The notes under the pieces are model-generated. The model saw only the letters and a program-made list of their open reading frames with translations. It searched no databases and had not been told where the DNA came from. A stretch of DNA of 63,776 bases, counting the filler, from Diploschistes diacapsis (taxonomy: Eukaryota), in assembly GCA_023645945.1 (NCBI GenBank). It is 7 parts of 7 records of this genome, joined end to end, with 100 filler letters (N's around TTAATTAATTAA, not from the genome) between each part and the next. Parts side by side here need not be neighbours in the genome. Positions count along the whole stretch, not along the records: positions 5,887 to 34,392 come from JALAIB010000148.1; positions 34,493 to 40,277 come from JALAIB010001480.1; 5 more parts are not named here. The stretch is one strand, 5' to 3'. Numbering within the stretch: position 1 is the stretch's first letter; each line of letters starts with the position of its first letter. Below, piece after piece: positions 25,152 through 38,017 of this stretch. The translations under genes and the position numbers were made by a program.

Positions 25152-28100
25152 TTACTGCTCATCCTCCTCCCCCCTGTCAACCTCGGAGCTCTCTCTCCCC
25201 TTCTCCCCACCCTTACCTTTCGCTTTCTTGCTGATGACCCTCCCCCAGCTCAAGCTCGCCCTCCCGCTCCTGCCGCCATTCTCCTTGTCGCCGCCGGGCG
25301 TGCTGCTCTCGTCCGCCGTGCCACCGCTCTTGGCCGCGAGATAATCCTCGCCCGCCTCCTCGTCGACGTCTACCGGCGTGCCCGGCTCCCCCTTCTCCCC
25401 CTTCTCCTTCTTCGAGCTGCTGAAGATGCTGCTCCTCTCGCGCCATGCGGTCGAGAATTTGCTGCTCGAGCTTTTCCGCGTGATTCTTTGCATCAGGCTT
25501 TCTTTCGGCGCCGAGGACGATGAGGGCGTGGAGCCTGAGGGGGGCGCGAGGTCAGAGTAGGTGTTTGAGGAGCTGGTTTCCAGCGCGTTGTCGCCGTGTA
25601 GCGAGTCGTCGTTTGTGTGGATAGAATAGGCGTCCCGACTTAGGCGGGGCGAGGAGTGGGACTTGCCGTCCGATAAAGAGAGGAGATCGGAGTTCGAGGA
25701 GCGCGAGGGTGGGTTGTGGAGAGGGTGTTGAGAGCGTTCCTTTTCTTTATCTCTATCTTTGGCGTGTTTTTTGGTCGGTGCATTTTCTTCCTCGCGGTCT
25801 TCGTCTTTGTCCTTTTCTTTGGTTTTGGACTTGGACTTCGAGGACTCAGGTTCGCCGCTTTCGAATTTCTCGCTCTTGTGTGTTTTCTTGGGGAAGAGGC
25901 GCGCTGTGAAGGATGGAGCGGCAGGATTGAGCTTAGGTGCTTTGATGGCTCGTTCCTTGTCTTTCGAGATTGTGAAGCGCTCTGTGCCGATAGGTGCGGG
26001 TTGAGGTGGTTTCAAAGGTCCGAATGTACCTTGAAAATCGTCCGGCTCAAGCGGGGTAGAACCGAGCGAGAGGTTGCTTGTAGAGCCGTGCTGTAGCGAC
26101 TGGCGACGCGAAGGGTTGCGGGAGCGGTTTGAACCGATTGCTGTGGGCCAAGCGCCGCTGCCAAGAGGGCTGCTACGTTGGCGGTTTGTATCTTGCGAGC
26201 CCCATCCAAAGGGTTGGCTGTCCGAGGAAGGGCGGGGCAGGCCATGCTCGTGGGAGTATGTGGATGAGGGACGTGGCGACGACGCGCGGTCGGTAGGATC
26301 CCTGGCTTCCGTGGGATCCAATTTGGAGCCAAAGAATCCTCGTCTGGTTTTTCGAGGAAAAGGAGCAGGTCCTGCGTCGCTTTCAATGGCAGTTGAGGAT
26401 GCTCGGGTAAGCAGATTCGCCATTGGGCTGGACCAGACGCTGGAGCCGAGCTTCCTACGCCCAGGGGCTGATCCTATCGTGTCCTGCTCGTTTGTGGGGA
26501 ATGACTGACTTTGGCTTGACTTAAGGGACCCAAGTGGGGGAAGATCTGGGGCGTCAGACTTTGGTCGGTTCCGATTAAAGTTGAAAAGGCCAGCTCGTCT
26601 GCGATCATGGCTTGCACCGCTCGTCGCAGGTATATTCGAGGTGTACGGCGATCCAGTTGATCCAATCGATTGACGATCGGCATCACCTGGAAAGGTAGCT
26701 GTGTTAGCGAAACTGTCGCGTGGGCTTGATAGTAAACTGGCCGAAGCGCTGTGCATGGACAGAGGAGACTGTGGGTCCTGACTGTTTGGGTCGAAGCCGG
26801 ATGAGCCATACTCCATGCTATCAAGGGTGGGACGGTCTCCTCGATCTGTAGTGGCTGGGAGATCATCGTCACCAAGAAGATCTGAAGGGAGCAGATTGTT
26901 TGCGGTGGGGCTCATTGGTGTACCAGCCATCAATAGGTCAATATCCTTCTGCGATATGCTGGAAAAGCCTGTCCCGGCTCTGCTGGGTGGGCCGAACGAA
27001 GGAAAGGCTGAAGTTTGTAAAGGGTTGTGCATGCTTGAGATGCCATTGAATACACTCGGGCCTGGATAAGTAACAGAGCCAAAGGTCGAAGTGCTGAGAC
27101 GATTACTGGCTTGTCTGTTTCTTCGTTGCGCCGCGTACGCTGTAGTATAATCATATCCGGACATCGGTCCATACCCGCCTAATTCCTTAACTCTCTCGTC
27201 GTTCATACGACTAAGAGCTTCCTGCTCGTGTACAATTTGAGCGTCAGCCTGGCAATAAATTAGTTCAGGACAAGGGTCGCGATTAGGGATACATACGTCG
27301 GCATTCATCTTCCATAAAAGGGCATACTGGTTTTGCATGTCCTGCACCCTAGCCTCATGTCGCTGTTCTTCTTCCTTTTCCCGCCTGTCTGCCTCTCCTT
27401 CCTCCTCACCCTGTTCTTGGTCTGCTTTTTTCCTATTATCCTCTAGGTGCTTGATGTTGATGCCCCATTCCCGAATCTCTTCCTCCAGCGCCTTGGTTTC
27501 GGCTTGTGTGGTCTCAATAACATCTCGTACTTGGTCCATCTTCTTCGCATGTATCTCTTCAAGAGCCAACTTCTGAGCTTTTAGGCTCTCTGTCTTTTCC
27601 TGCAACTCGATACTGTCGTCAATCCATCTCTCAATATCGTCTCTCATTTTTTGTCTCTCAGCCTTCTTTTGCTGGAGCGCCTTCTCTTTGGCCTGCCGGC
27701 GCCTCTGCGCTCCCTTTGATTGTTTCTCGAGATCATTTACTTGCCTTCTGAGTTCCTGCGAGGCTCTATCTTTTTCTTCAACGGCTCGCTTAAGAATGTC
27801 GCGCTCTTCAGTCAAGGATGATCTCTGGTTCTCGGAATCGTCGATTTCCTGCAAGAGCTGTGTCTCGACCTCCTCCTTCTGCCGCCGGAGCGTATCAAGC
27901 TTCCTCGTCAACTTCGTTATGGTCTCGTCTGAATCCCCTTCGTTGCTGCCTAGTGACTCACGGGCCGAAGGGACTGGTGCCTGCTCAAAACTTGACACCG
28001 AATAAGACACACGGCGCCCAGAGATAGTTCTCTTGACGTTGGGTTCCGTGCTCGAAAGAAGCTTGACACCGCGGTTGCCATCCTTTGGAGTAGTTTGTAC

Positions 28101-28580
28101 TTGTATCATTTTGGAATACGTCGAGTTGCCGGCGCCATTTGTAGCAATAGCGCGAATGCCATAGTAGAAGCCCGGTTGAAGCCCCGTCAACTGAACTGAC
28201 CCGTCTGAGTGCTCGAACTCGTCAACTAAGCAGAAGTTAGAACACAAAATTTCAATCTGAGCAGGAAATTTACTAGTAATTCCATTGATCTGAATACATT
28301 GCCGCAGTGGCGAGTGGTAGTTTTCTGGAGGTTTCCAGTATAAGAGAATTGTATTACTAGTTATACTCGATAACGATATATCCGGCACAGGAGGCACGTC
28401 GATTCCTAGGACTTCTTCAAGCTCGTCGACGGGTTTCTGAAAAACCAAGTAGACACGGTAGGTAATCCTAGACGAGTGAGTGAGTGTATTAGGGCACAAC
28501 GGGTGCAGACGTTGAAGCGGTTGTTGAACTTACCACAACGTCGACAGCAGAAGAAAGCCCGTCCATGGAAGACCCATCAT
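25152..28580 (-). CDS. Fibronectin type III domain + coiled-coil protein with N-terminal hydrophobic anchor
   Basis: Spliced N-terminus MMGLPWTGFLLLSTLW|ITYRVYLVFQKPV (GTAAGT donor); FN3 motifs ILLYWKPPE, LTGLQPGFYYGIRAIATN; long coiled coil; Ser-rich tail with LNPAAPSF; small in-frame introns likely near 28230-28275 and 27250-27297. Confidence 0.85.
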
Positions 28581-29104
28581 CGAGCAATCTATGGAGGCTA
28601 GGTCGCAGGCGATGAGCGCCAGATCTGAGAGGTTGACGCTCAAGGCCATGGCAGCCCGTGGTGCGGATGGATTTTTGTTCGGACAAATTCAACGACGGTT
28701 GTCTAGCTTCCACTCGCTCCGCTAAACGTCAATACTAGCGCAAGCCACACCAGATGCTACCTAGTAGTCACTCACATATGATGCCACAAGATTCAACTTC
28801 TCACATATTTTCTGCTTCTATCCAATACATACGGTAATTAATTGTATCTACTACACGAAGACTGTACGAGAGGTAGGCGTGTGGATAATGTATAGGACGC
28901 ACTTGCCTGCCGTAGATGCACTACGAGACCATCTGTTTGCTACAGTGCCCGTTGCCCAGGGCTAACGCTCCTGATTATGATTCAAGAAGCCACCGTTGAA
29001 CCGCAGATTTTATCATATAATATTATAATATAATCTCTACGACTGCCATTGAATTCGACAACTATCCGAGGTCAAGCCGGCATGATATCCGGGCCTTCGG
29101 CTTA

Positions 29105-29314
29105 ACGTGTTTCACCACACAACGGAACACACCACTAAGCGGAACACTACATTATAATGTAATTGCGCTAGATCGAGCGCTTCCATATTTAGTTTAGTTT
29201 CTAAATTTTAAGCGAGCTCTTGAGCTTAGCCTGGCTCTGTACGAAGCCCCACAACGACACATTATAATGTAGTGCTCCGGTTAGTGGTGTGTTCCGTTGT
29301 GTGGTGAAACACGT
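29105..29314. mobile_element. MITE, Tc1/mariner (pogo/Fot1-type), 210 bp
   Basis: 56-bp TIRs starting ACGTGTTTCACCACACAACGGAACAC (2 mismatches between ends); TA on both flanks; no ORF. Confidence 0.93.
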
Positions 29315-30132
29315 TAGTCTGGGTTGTGGATTACTATTTAACATGTAGTTTCTAATATGTGTATCTTTGTGAATTGGAACCGGTTCCTGGCCTCGAGGGA
29401 CGCTGCTTTACACTTCCTCTTCACCGCGCCTTTACTGGGTGTCCCATGTAACCACGCGATCGATCGTGTAGTTTCGTAGGATTACGTTCTGTATCCCAAT
29501 CCTTCCTCCCGGTTCAATCTCGTCGTCCAGTGGCTTCGAGTCGCAGCTTTGTGGACCTGTTCATCGCAGCCATAGGTTCATTTCGTCCCCAGCGAAATCA
29601 ACAAGGCTTGCCCAGACCTTTACGCGATAACTGATTTGGTTATTCATGGACGGGATAACTATAATGTAACTGGATTGATTAAATTTCCCAAAAGAGTCCT
29701 GTTGTTCAGCCTCCGTGATCGATTGGGTTAGAGCAGCGAACTTACAGTGTCACTCGGAGGCTAGTACTAATAGAGTAAAGGGCGTCCCTGGATGGCGGCG
29801 GAACAATAGTTCCGCCGAGATTGACGCCATGACGGCGTGCAATTGGCGGCTTCCACCGGCCTAAGGCCAAGGCTGGCGAGCGTGCTGTGGGCTGATACAA
29901 GCACGTCCTCTTCTTGCAGCATAGGCAGTCATTTCGCTCCTTCACATGCGACATTATTGTGTTCTGCGGTATTTCTAAGAACATCGTGAAAGCAAAACAG
30001 CCTGAACATACTACATCCCAACGCTCCTCACCTGCAACCGTCTGTAGGCTCTGCCCCGGTCCTCCCTTGCATACAGTGCCCGGCAGAATCTCCAGTAACG
30101 CATGCAATCATTCAACGATCGTTCTTGAAGGG

Positions 30133-32643
30133 ATGCAGTATGTTCGAAGCATTAGTGGTTCTGTCTCAAAGACATGGAACTCCATCAACCCAGCGACCTT
30201 GAGCGGTGCCATCGATGTAGTCGTCGTTGAGCAACAAGATGGTTAGTGCCCAACTTGACCAGCGTAATCGTACTGACAGATTTCAAGGTTCGCTTGCTTG
30301 CTCCCCATTTCACGTCCGCTTCGGCAAATTTTCTTTGCTCCGACCCTCAGAGAAGAAGGTACTGGCAACCTAAGCCTGTCAATTTGCACCTTCGCTGAAG
30401 TCCCCCAAGGTCGAGTTCAAGGTCAACAATGTTAAGCAAGATTATTCCATGAAACTTGGTGAGGGAGGAGAGGCATTTTTTGTCTTCGAGACATCGGCAC
30501 ATATCCCAAAAGGCCTACAAACGTCGCCGGTCATCTCGCCCGCAGCTAGTCCAGCTAGCTACTCTCAAGAAAGAATACCAGAGGAGCACAGTCTACAAGA
30601 GCCAGAGCCATTAGACCTGAGTGCAAATGACTCCCGAAAAAGACCAAGGCCAAGTTCCGCGTTTTTGGAAGCGCAAACCATGTCAATTCCCGGCGCCAGT
30701 GCTCGGGCTCACGACGACCTAGGTATGTTCGATGGCCTGTACTGTCGTTGGCTCTAATCGTGGAGCAGGTAGAATTACGCCAGCGTCTGGCTCGCCTTCG
30801 GAAAATGATGTTAATCCAATGTCAAGTTGGTCGCTCTCATCAGACGCTACGAAGCCGGCCATAGCGCGCTCGAACTCGGACGAGCTCCTTACAAGTCTCA
30901 CCGCGGAGGAAAAATCCATGATCCTTGAGCGAGGCTCAAGGTCAACAAACTATATGCTAGAGAGCGTGTCTGGACAAGGTCAGCGAGTCATGGCCCAACC
31001 TCGTTTCCGATCCACAAGCCCTCCGCCCGTCACAACGCAAGAAGCCGTCAACCGAGCCATCGCTCTATCGAAAAAGCTATCCAGCTCGAACATAAGGTCG
31101 GAGGTTACGGATTCGGGGGATCTGATGCTTGATATGGAAGGTTATAAGAGTAGTGAGGAGGAAGCACTGCGAGCCGAGCTGGTTGCACGTAGGGTGCTCG
31201 CAGAGGAGCTTCAGGGCAACTACGATATTGGAGCCTTGATCGGAGCTGACGAACGGGGCAACCTATGGATATACAGTAGCGAAGAGGCTAAAGAAGCGGC
31301 GGCGCGCAAGAATCTTCCCTTACTTCGGGCAGACGACATACTTGATGATGCCGCCTCTGATCCGGGCCATTCAAGTGATGAGGAACGAAGCACCAGTAGT
31401 GTTGCACCTTCTTCATTAGCGCAGCCGAATCCATCGCATTGTCTTGACATAGGCCTTGTAACACCACCGAAGACTCCCCCAGACGTGCCAGACATGGCAA
31501 ATTCTCCAACGAGAAGCTATGCAAAGACACTCCGATTGACTAGCGATCAGCTGAAAGGCCTGAACTTGAAACCTGGAGCCAATGCCATGAGCTTCAGTGT
31601 GAACAGGGCAGCTTGCCAGGCTTATATGTACTATTGGACTTATGACGTGCCTGTAGTCATCTCCGATATCGACGGCACAATTACGAAGTGAGTCAAACCC
31701 CTTGATGCGAGAGAGTTGCTGAAATCCGTCAAGGTCTGATGCATTGGGTCACGTCTTGAATATGATTGGCAGGGATTGGACTCACTTGGGAGTGGCAAAA
31801 CTTTTCAAGGACATCGTTGCAAATGGCTACAACATTATGTATTTAACAAGTCGTTCCGTGGGCCAGGCAGATACCACGAGGACCTATCTTGACGGCATCA
31901 ACCAAGAAGGCCACAGGCTACCAAAAGGCCCCGTGATCTTGAGTCCCGATAGAACCATTGCAGCCCTCCGGCGAGAAATATATCTTCGAAAACCAGAAGT
32001 GTTCAAAATGGCCTGTTTACGAGACATTTCTACCCTGTTTGGGAAGGACAGGAATCCATTCTATGCTGGATTTGGAAATCGAATCACCGATGCCTTGAGC
32101 TATCGGTCAGTCAAAATTCCACAGAACAGGATATTCACCATCAATCCCAATGCCGAAGTGTCAATCGACATCCTGACCCTCAACAAATACAAGAGCAGCT
32201 ACGTATCTATGCGAGAGCTCGTTGATCACTTTTTCCCACCCGTTGGTCTGCTCCTGCAGAGTGGAGGCGAGGGGTACACAGACTTCAGCTACTGGCGATC
32301 AGCCCCTTTGGATATCGAAGATTTCTCGGACAGTGACAGCGAAGAAGAGCAATCAAATCTTCGGTTGCGAGGTTCACGGCGGAGCGCCAGTGAGGACGAA
32401 GGGAGTGACGCAGACGACGAAGACGCGCGCCTTGATGCTCTTTCGGACAGCTACCTTTCTCGAGACTCCATCGACCAGGGTGGCGACCTCGTGGATTCTA
32501 TTCTAGAGAGCATAGAGGATGGGGAACTGTTGAGGCGAGAATCTGTCCAGCAAGATGACGGGCAAACGCCGCTGGCCCCAAACGAGGCTGAGGAAGATCC
32601 TTTGAAGGATGTAGCAAGCAGAGCGCAAAAGCGGATGCAGTAA
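30133..32643 (+). CDS. PAH1: Lipin / phosphatidate phosphatase (Pah1/Ned1)
   Basis: N-lipin WNSINPATLSGAIDVVVVEQ..CSPFHVRFGKF; HAD motif ISDIDGTITK; LTSRSVGQAD; FYAGFGNRITDALSY; four introns. Confidence 0.97.
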
Positions 32644-33477
32644 ATCCTGTCTGCTTTCACATACCAGTGGAGTTTGCTATGTCTATGATGTACGATATGG
32701 GATTTCGCATGGGGTTCGGCTGCATGCATAACAAGGCAGGCAAAGCGGGCATTCTTGGTGTTCTTCGTACCGATATTCACATAACCTGTGCGGTGTTTAG
32801 CGACTTAACGCATCATCAATGCTACATGATCCATATCAATAATCAGAGCCCAAGAATCCTATGCTTTCAAGACAAGTGAGTTATCCATAATCGGCAAATG
32901 GGCCGGGATAGGCAAGCTGTCAGTCCTCGCCCTAAACTAAAGTGTATCTCTCCGTATCTCGACCTTCATCGTTGGAATAATGTGCATGATCGAATAGCCT
33001 GCCGTTTCTTTAATTTCTTGATGGTTTTTTGCCCTCCATCTTCTTGACGTATGTTATGCGCAGGGCAGAAGTAGTTTGGCATACGAGGTACGGAAATGGC
33101 AGCAAGTTATACCACATGATCTAGTTAGGGCTTCGAAAAACTATGAAGCGAGAGGAAAATACCGTTGTCAGTTATCTTCACCCCTAGAATCCACCGTTAA
33201 TAGCTCCAGGCATATACTAGTCGGAAAACTTCCATCAACGTCATTATAGAGTTTTATATCGCTCGAGTATGCCCATCATCGATAAATGGCAAAATCAACT
33301 CACCTGACGCGCTAAGCAATGGAAGGTTCACAGATGGACGGAGGACCCACAACTCGTGGGCCTCATCGTTAAGTAGATACTAGCAAGTGATTGTGAATAT
33401 TGTTTGGATATAGCTCTCTCCATGCGTCTATGCAAGCGCTTCTGTCAGTATATTGTAGGGCGTTCAAACCATCCAGT

Positions 33478-34392
33478 ATGCATGCATATCCGAAAAGCTT
33501 GTTCTCCCGCCAGCAGTCTTCAAAGCCTCCATTTTGGCTAAAATATCGGTCCGCGAATTGGTTCGTTAGCATCACCGTGACTGTTGCTATTTTCACTGTA
33601 TGACACAGCCGGAGTCCTGTACACTCCACCTTCCTGAAAGACTCTTACCCAGTTGCTAGGATCTATTTCTCTACTCCGTCGTATGTAGATTGCTGCGCAA
33701 TCCGGCTAAGTACCGTCTTCTCACCAACCAGATCGTCCCTGTGATCCCGTATGCGCTCTCCGACAGGGCCGGAGTGCCTGAGAATGAAGGTTCTTCGTCA
33801 GCCCTTGACCTCCCTAAGGTGGTTCGTTCTAATAGTTCATGCCAGTTCAATACTGGGTCTCGATCTTGCTCGCCGCCTACGGCGCCGCTCTCCTCGCCTC
33901 GTCCCGCAAGTCTCTCTACCACATCCCATATCCCACCCCTTCTCACTGCACTCCAGCTTTCGCCGGCTGGATCGCTGACCGCATGTCCTCCCGCCGCATC
34001 CCATACCTCGCCGGCCTCGCCGTTCTCTGCGGCGCCACCACCATGCTCTGCCTTGGCCGCAGCATCGGCATTCTCGTCACCGCCCGCGTTCTGCAAGGTC
34101 TCTCCGCCACGGTCGTCTGGGTCGTCGGCTTGACCCTCGTCGTGGACGCCTACGGATCGGCCGGCGTGGGCGCGGCCATGGGCACGGTTTCCCTCGGATG
34201 GACGGTGTCGATCCTCCTGGGCCCGATGCTTGGAGGCATCGTCTACCAGCAAGCAGGCTACTACGCCGTGTACTACATGTGCTTCGGCCTGATCTTCTTC
34301 GACATCGTGCTCCGCCTGCTCCTCATCGAGAAGAAAGTCGCGCGGCAATGGTTCGACGATACCTCGATCCCCGACCCCGAACCCCATGTACC
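33478..34392 (+). CDS. MFS transporter (vesicular amine transporter-like), 3' part lost at contig end
   Basis: Spliced exons give ..YRSANWFVSITVTVAIFT|DLFLYSV|IVPVIPYAL..WVSILLAAYG..GWIADRMSSRRIPYLAGL..ARVLQGLSATVVWVVGL..LGPMLGGIVY. Confidence 0.88.
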
Positions 34393-34492
34393 NNNNNNNN
34401 NNNNNNNNNNNNNNNNNNNNNNNNNNNNNNNNNNNNTTAATTAATTAANNNNNNNNNNNNNNNNNNNNNNNNNNNNNNNNNNNNNNNNNNNN
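34393..34492. other. Artificial contig spacer
   Basis: N44-TTAATTAATTAA-N44. Confidence 0.98.
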
Positions 34493-34820
34493 CCTCCTCC
34501 TCCTCCTCCCCCACCTCCTCGGCCACCTCGACCACCCCCTCTCATCATCATCATGCCTCTGCCGCGACCGTCACCTCTTCCTCCGCCGCGACCTCCACCC
34601 TCGCCGCGCATTGGCTCAGCGTCGCGGGCATAGAGGCCAAAGTCTCCGTCCCAGTAGGCATCCCGTTGTTGGATATGCTTGTCGGACGAATGTCTGGCTT
34701 CCGCCGAGACGGAGGTGATGGCCGTCGCCGCTATGAAGGCGAGAACGACCTGGCAGAGAGAGTTAGCGAGTGGTATTGTGGGGTCGGACAGGACGGCAAT
34801 ACCTCTGTAGAGAAACGCAT
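34493..34820 (-). CDS. Small secreted prepropeptide with YARDAEP processing motif and Arg/Gly-rich tail (truncated)
   Basis: MRFSTE|VVLAFIAATAITSVSA signal (intron 34750-34802), then QQR-DAYWDGDFGLYAR-DAEP-MRGEGGGRGGGRGDGRGRGMMMMRGGG to the contig end. Confidence 0.7.
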
Positions 34821-37176
34821 GGTTGGGTGTGGTGATATACAATATGGATGGGTTCAATATGTCAAGGATGAATAGGGGGTAATGCCTCCAGAGGCCCTAC
34901 TGAAGGGGAAAAAACTTTTATAAAAGAAACTACTTTCTTGCAGCGTGAAGGTGAGTTGAAAGTTGTAAGTTTCGATGGCTAGAGATCATACAAACTCGAG
35001 TCCGTACGACAGTCTTATACACATGGCCAATTTCAGCACCGAATCCATCAGTGTCCTTCCATGACCTCTCATGGTCGCGGACAATCCTTATTGGCAACAC
35101 TGCCCCAATCGCTCCTGATGGATGTGCTAAAGGATTGTTGAAAACATTGTGAAGCAGATCCAGCGCATGTTTGTTGGTTGTCGTCAGCGGCATGCACTTT
35201 GTCTAGCTTTGCCGGACAGGCCGTTGTACTCCGTACCGTTACGACGAGCATGATGGAGCAAGACCTTGAAGGGTAGGACAATGGGACCTGTGGTTGGCCA
35301 GCCCCGAGCTTGCAACGACCATTGGTCAAGGTGCAAGGCTAGGGATGGCACACAATATACAAAGAAGGCACGTAAACAAGCATCAGTGGACATAGGAAGA
35401 TGAAAGAGGCAAGTGAGTTGCAGACATGGAAATGAGAGGAAGAGCGTTGCATCTTCGGATAGTGAGGCACGAAGCTACCGGGACAGTACGTTGTAAGTAC
35501 TTCGCAGAGAGGAACGCGCACACAGAGAAGGATTCGCAACCGATGTTACCAGAACACAGATAGTTGGGAAATAACGTGGAATCCCGCCAAGTTTGAAGAT
35601 GACTGACTGACTGACTTTGCCGTGAAGATTCTCGATTCTCGATATGGTAACTTACTCTTGCCCAGGAGACGGCAAGCTGAATGTGTGGCTTGGGACTTTG
35701 TGGGTTGCAAAGAATGGAGAAGAGACAGAGCGGAAGGATGGTGAGCCGGATCCCGTGAGTCCCGTGACAGAGGCAAAAGAGAAGCTGAAACAACGCCTGC
35801 AACAACCGGCCGAAAGATATTATATTTATTATTGTATTTATTGTGCCAGCTTTTTGATCACCCCTTGCTTGCAGCTCCAAGGTTCGTCTTTCATGTTGCT
35901 CTATAACCCATCATACGTGATGTGTCCATGGGTTCCTGCAGTTATGCTTGACTGAAGGTTATCTGGAGGCTGTGCTCGCCACTCAGAATCGCCTTTATCG
36001 CAACAAGAGCCCTGAGTTAGAACCGCCGACGATAGCCTTGTTATCAATCTACAACCAAGCATTGACAATACTATAGTATGCATGGCAATATGCAACGTAA
36101 ATATACGAAGAGGGAATTGAGCTGTCTTGTCTTGCACCGGGTGGTGGGCGGAACAACTTTCAGCCCTTTCCCGTTACTAGAATGGATTTACGTGCCACAT
36201 AGCATAGCACGTCGTCACTTCACCTTGTTCTAGCCCCTACAACGTTGGCCTCGCTTTGACTGAGCTGGAAGCTTCAAGTTGCGGCTGCACTCATTTGCCT
36301 TTGAAGCTGAACCACGTCCGGAGTAACTCCGTTTGACCTCTTACGGCCCCCAACAGAAGGTAGCTGCCTAGCAACTGACTTCATGGAATGATCCGCTAAC
36401 ACAACATAGCAACTTCGATATCCGCTTCTCGTTAGACCGTCGGATTGTATGTGTACACATGTGGACTGCCTTATGAAGCGTGAGGGTCTCACAATTGTAT
36501 CTGGGATCTGGTCGAATCTCTGACGGCAAACACTGGTCTTGGACAGCCTCCTGAGAAAAGTCGGAAATATCGAGTATTCTCGTCTCGAAGACCGGCCCTC
36601 CACCTCTAATGGCTGCAGGATTAAATAGGATGCCGTAGTACGAAGTGGCGTTGATGAAGGGTTCCTCCTTATGATGAGATCGATCCGATGGAAGAGGTGA
36701 GTCTTCCATGGGTTGATCGTTTACTCCCACGGTCAACCACCTCGAGCGGAATGTATAAACGTCAATGCCATGAGGGGATCCATGCACATTGATCCGACAG
36801 CGATAATAGACAAGAAACGAATGTATTAGTTATACAAATTCGAACATGCACCATAGAAGCACACTTCATTTCCCTACTAGCACCAAGGGGTGCAGGTTCT
36901 CTATCAAAGCCTTAGAGCCGAAGGAGTGAAGCGCGTACTTGCACTGGTAGGATACGCATACACGGTATTGATCCGAAGGGATAGTTAGTATATGGCTTGA
37001 AGAGAGCAGGTTTTGAAACCTTTGGAGCTCAGGAATTGATCTTTTATCACATATCAAAACACCCTGGCACTAATCGGCGCTAACCTTTATTCGTACATAA
37101 GGGGTCAAGCTTGGCGCCAAGATATGTCGCGCATTCCATTATGTCAGCACTTATCCTCTCCTCTGGTCTAGTCTAC

Positions 37177-38017
37177 CAGGAGGTTGGATTCGATTATTTA
37201 TATATGGTATAGTACAGGAACTCTGCATCGTTACGTTTACATCGGCCTAACAAATCCCGTACATTGGCGCTGGAACTCCCCTTGGGACAGGCAGACTTGG
37301 GCTTTACAGACCTGCATGAAAAGAGATCTCATGCGGAGATGATAGCAAGCCTTTCACCAGCAACACCTCTGATTGCCGATCCTGCTACACGCTATGACGG
37401 TCCGATTACGGTGGCAAGGACCGTCAAAGCTTATGCAAGGAGTGGGTAGCAGGTCTGCATATCGAAGATCAGGTTCAAACTACGAGTGCGGCCATTTACA
37501 AGGTAAGGAATTGGTAAACTGAGACGTATTTCTGACTCGTATCCGTGCTGCCGTTACCGCGAGAAAGTCAATCGTCAGCGATATTGTGATCATCGCACGT
37601 ACAGATGCCCTGCAGAAATAAGGCTGGGAGGGGGCAATTCAGCGACTGAAAGCAGCCCGAGAATGTGGTGCAGAGGTCGGTTTTCTTGAAGATATGCGCA
37701 CAAAAGAAGAGGCACAGAAAGCTATCAAAGCTCTTGACTTTCCCCTCCTCTTAAATATGGACCATGGTGGATCAACTCCAGCCATATTCGTTGCTGAAGC
37801 TCAAGATATGGGGTTTAAGATCATGATCTTTCCTTGCGCTGCATCGAGCTCCGCATACTCTGCAATCAAGCGATGCTTCCATGGATTGGCAGAAAAGGGT
37901 GAGCTTGCGCCTGAAGGACAGATGCCCCAAAAAGAGATCTTTGGGATCGTTGGGTTGGGCGACAGCTCAAAGGTTGACGCAGAGGCTGATGGGTTTGCAT
38001 ATTCGGACGGCGTCTGA
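37177..38017 (+). pseudogene. Pseudogene of ICL/PEP-mutase superfamily lyase (2,3-dimethylmalate lyase / OAH-like)
   Basis: GFDYLYM, LGQADLG, TPLIAD, AGLHIEDQVQT, CGHLQGK, IIARTDAL, LLLNMDHGGSTP, GFKIMIFP; frameshifts near 37445 and 37485, in-frame TGA 37520-37522 and TAA 37619-37621. Confidence 0.88.

Noticed and set aside
36274..36787. Minus-strand ORFs of 109 and 139 aa
   Set aside because: No family motif or splice structure I can support
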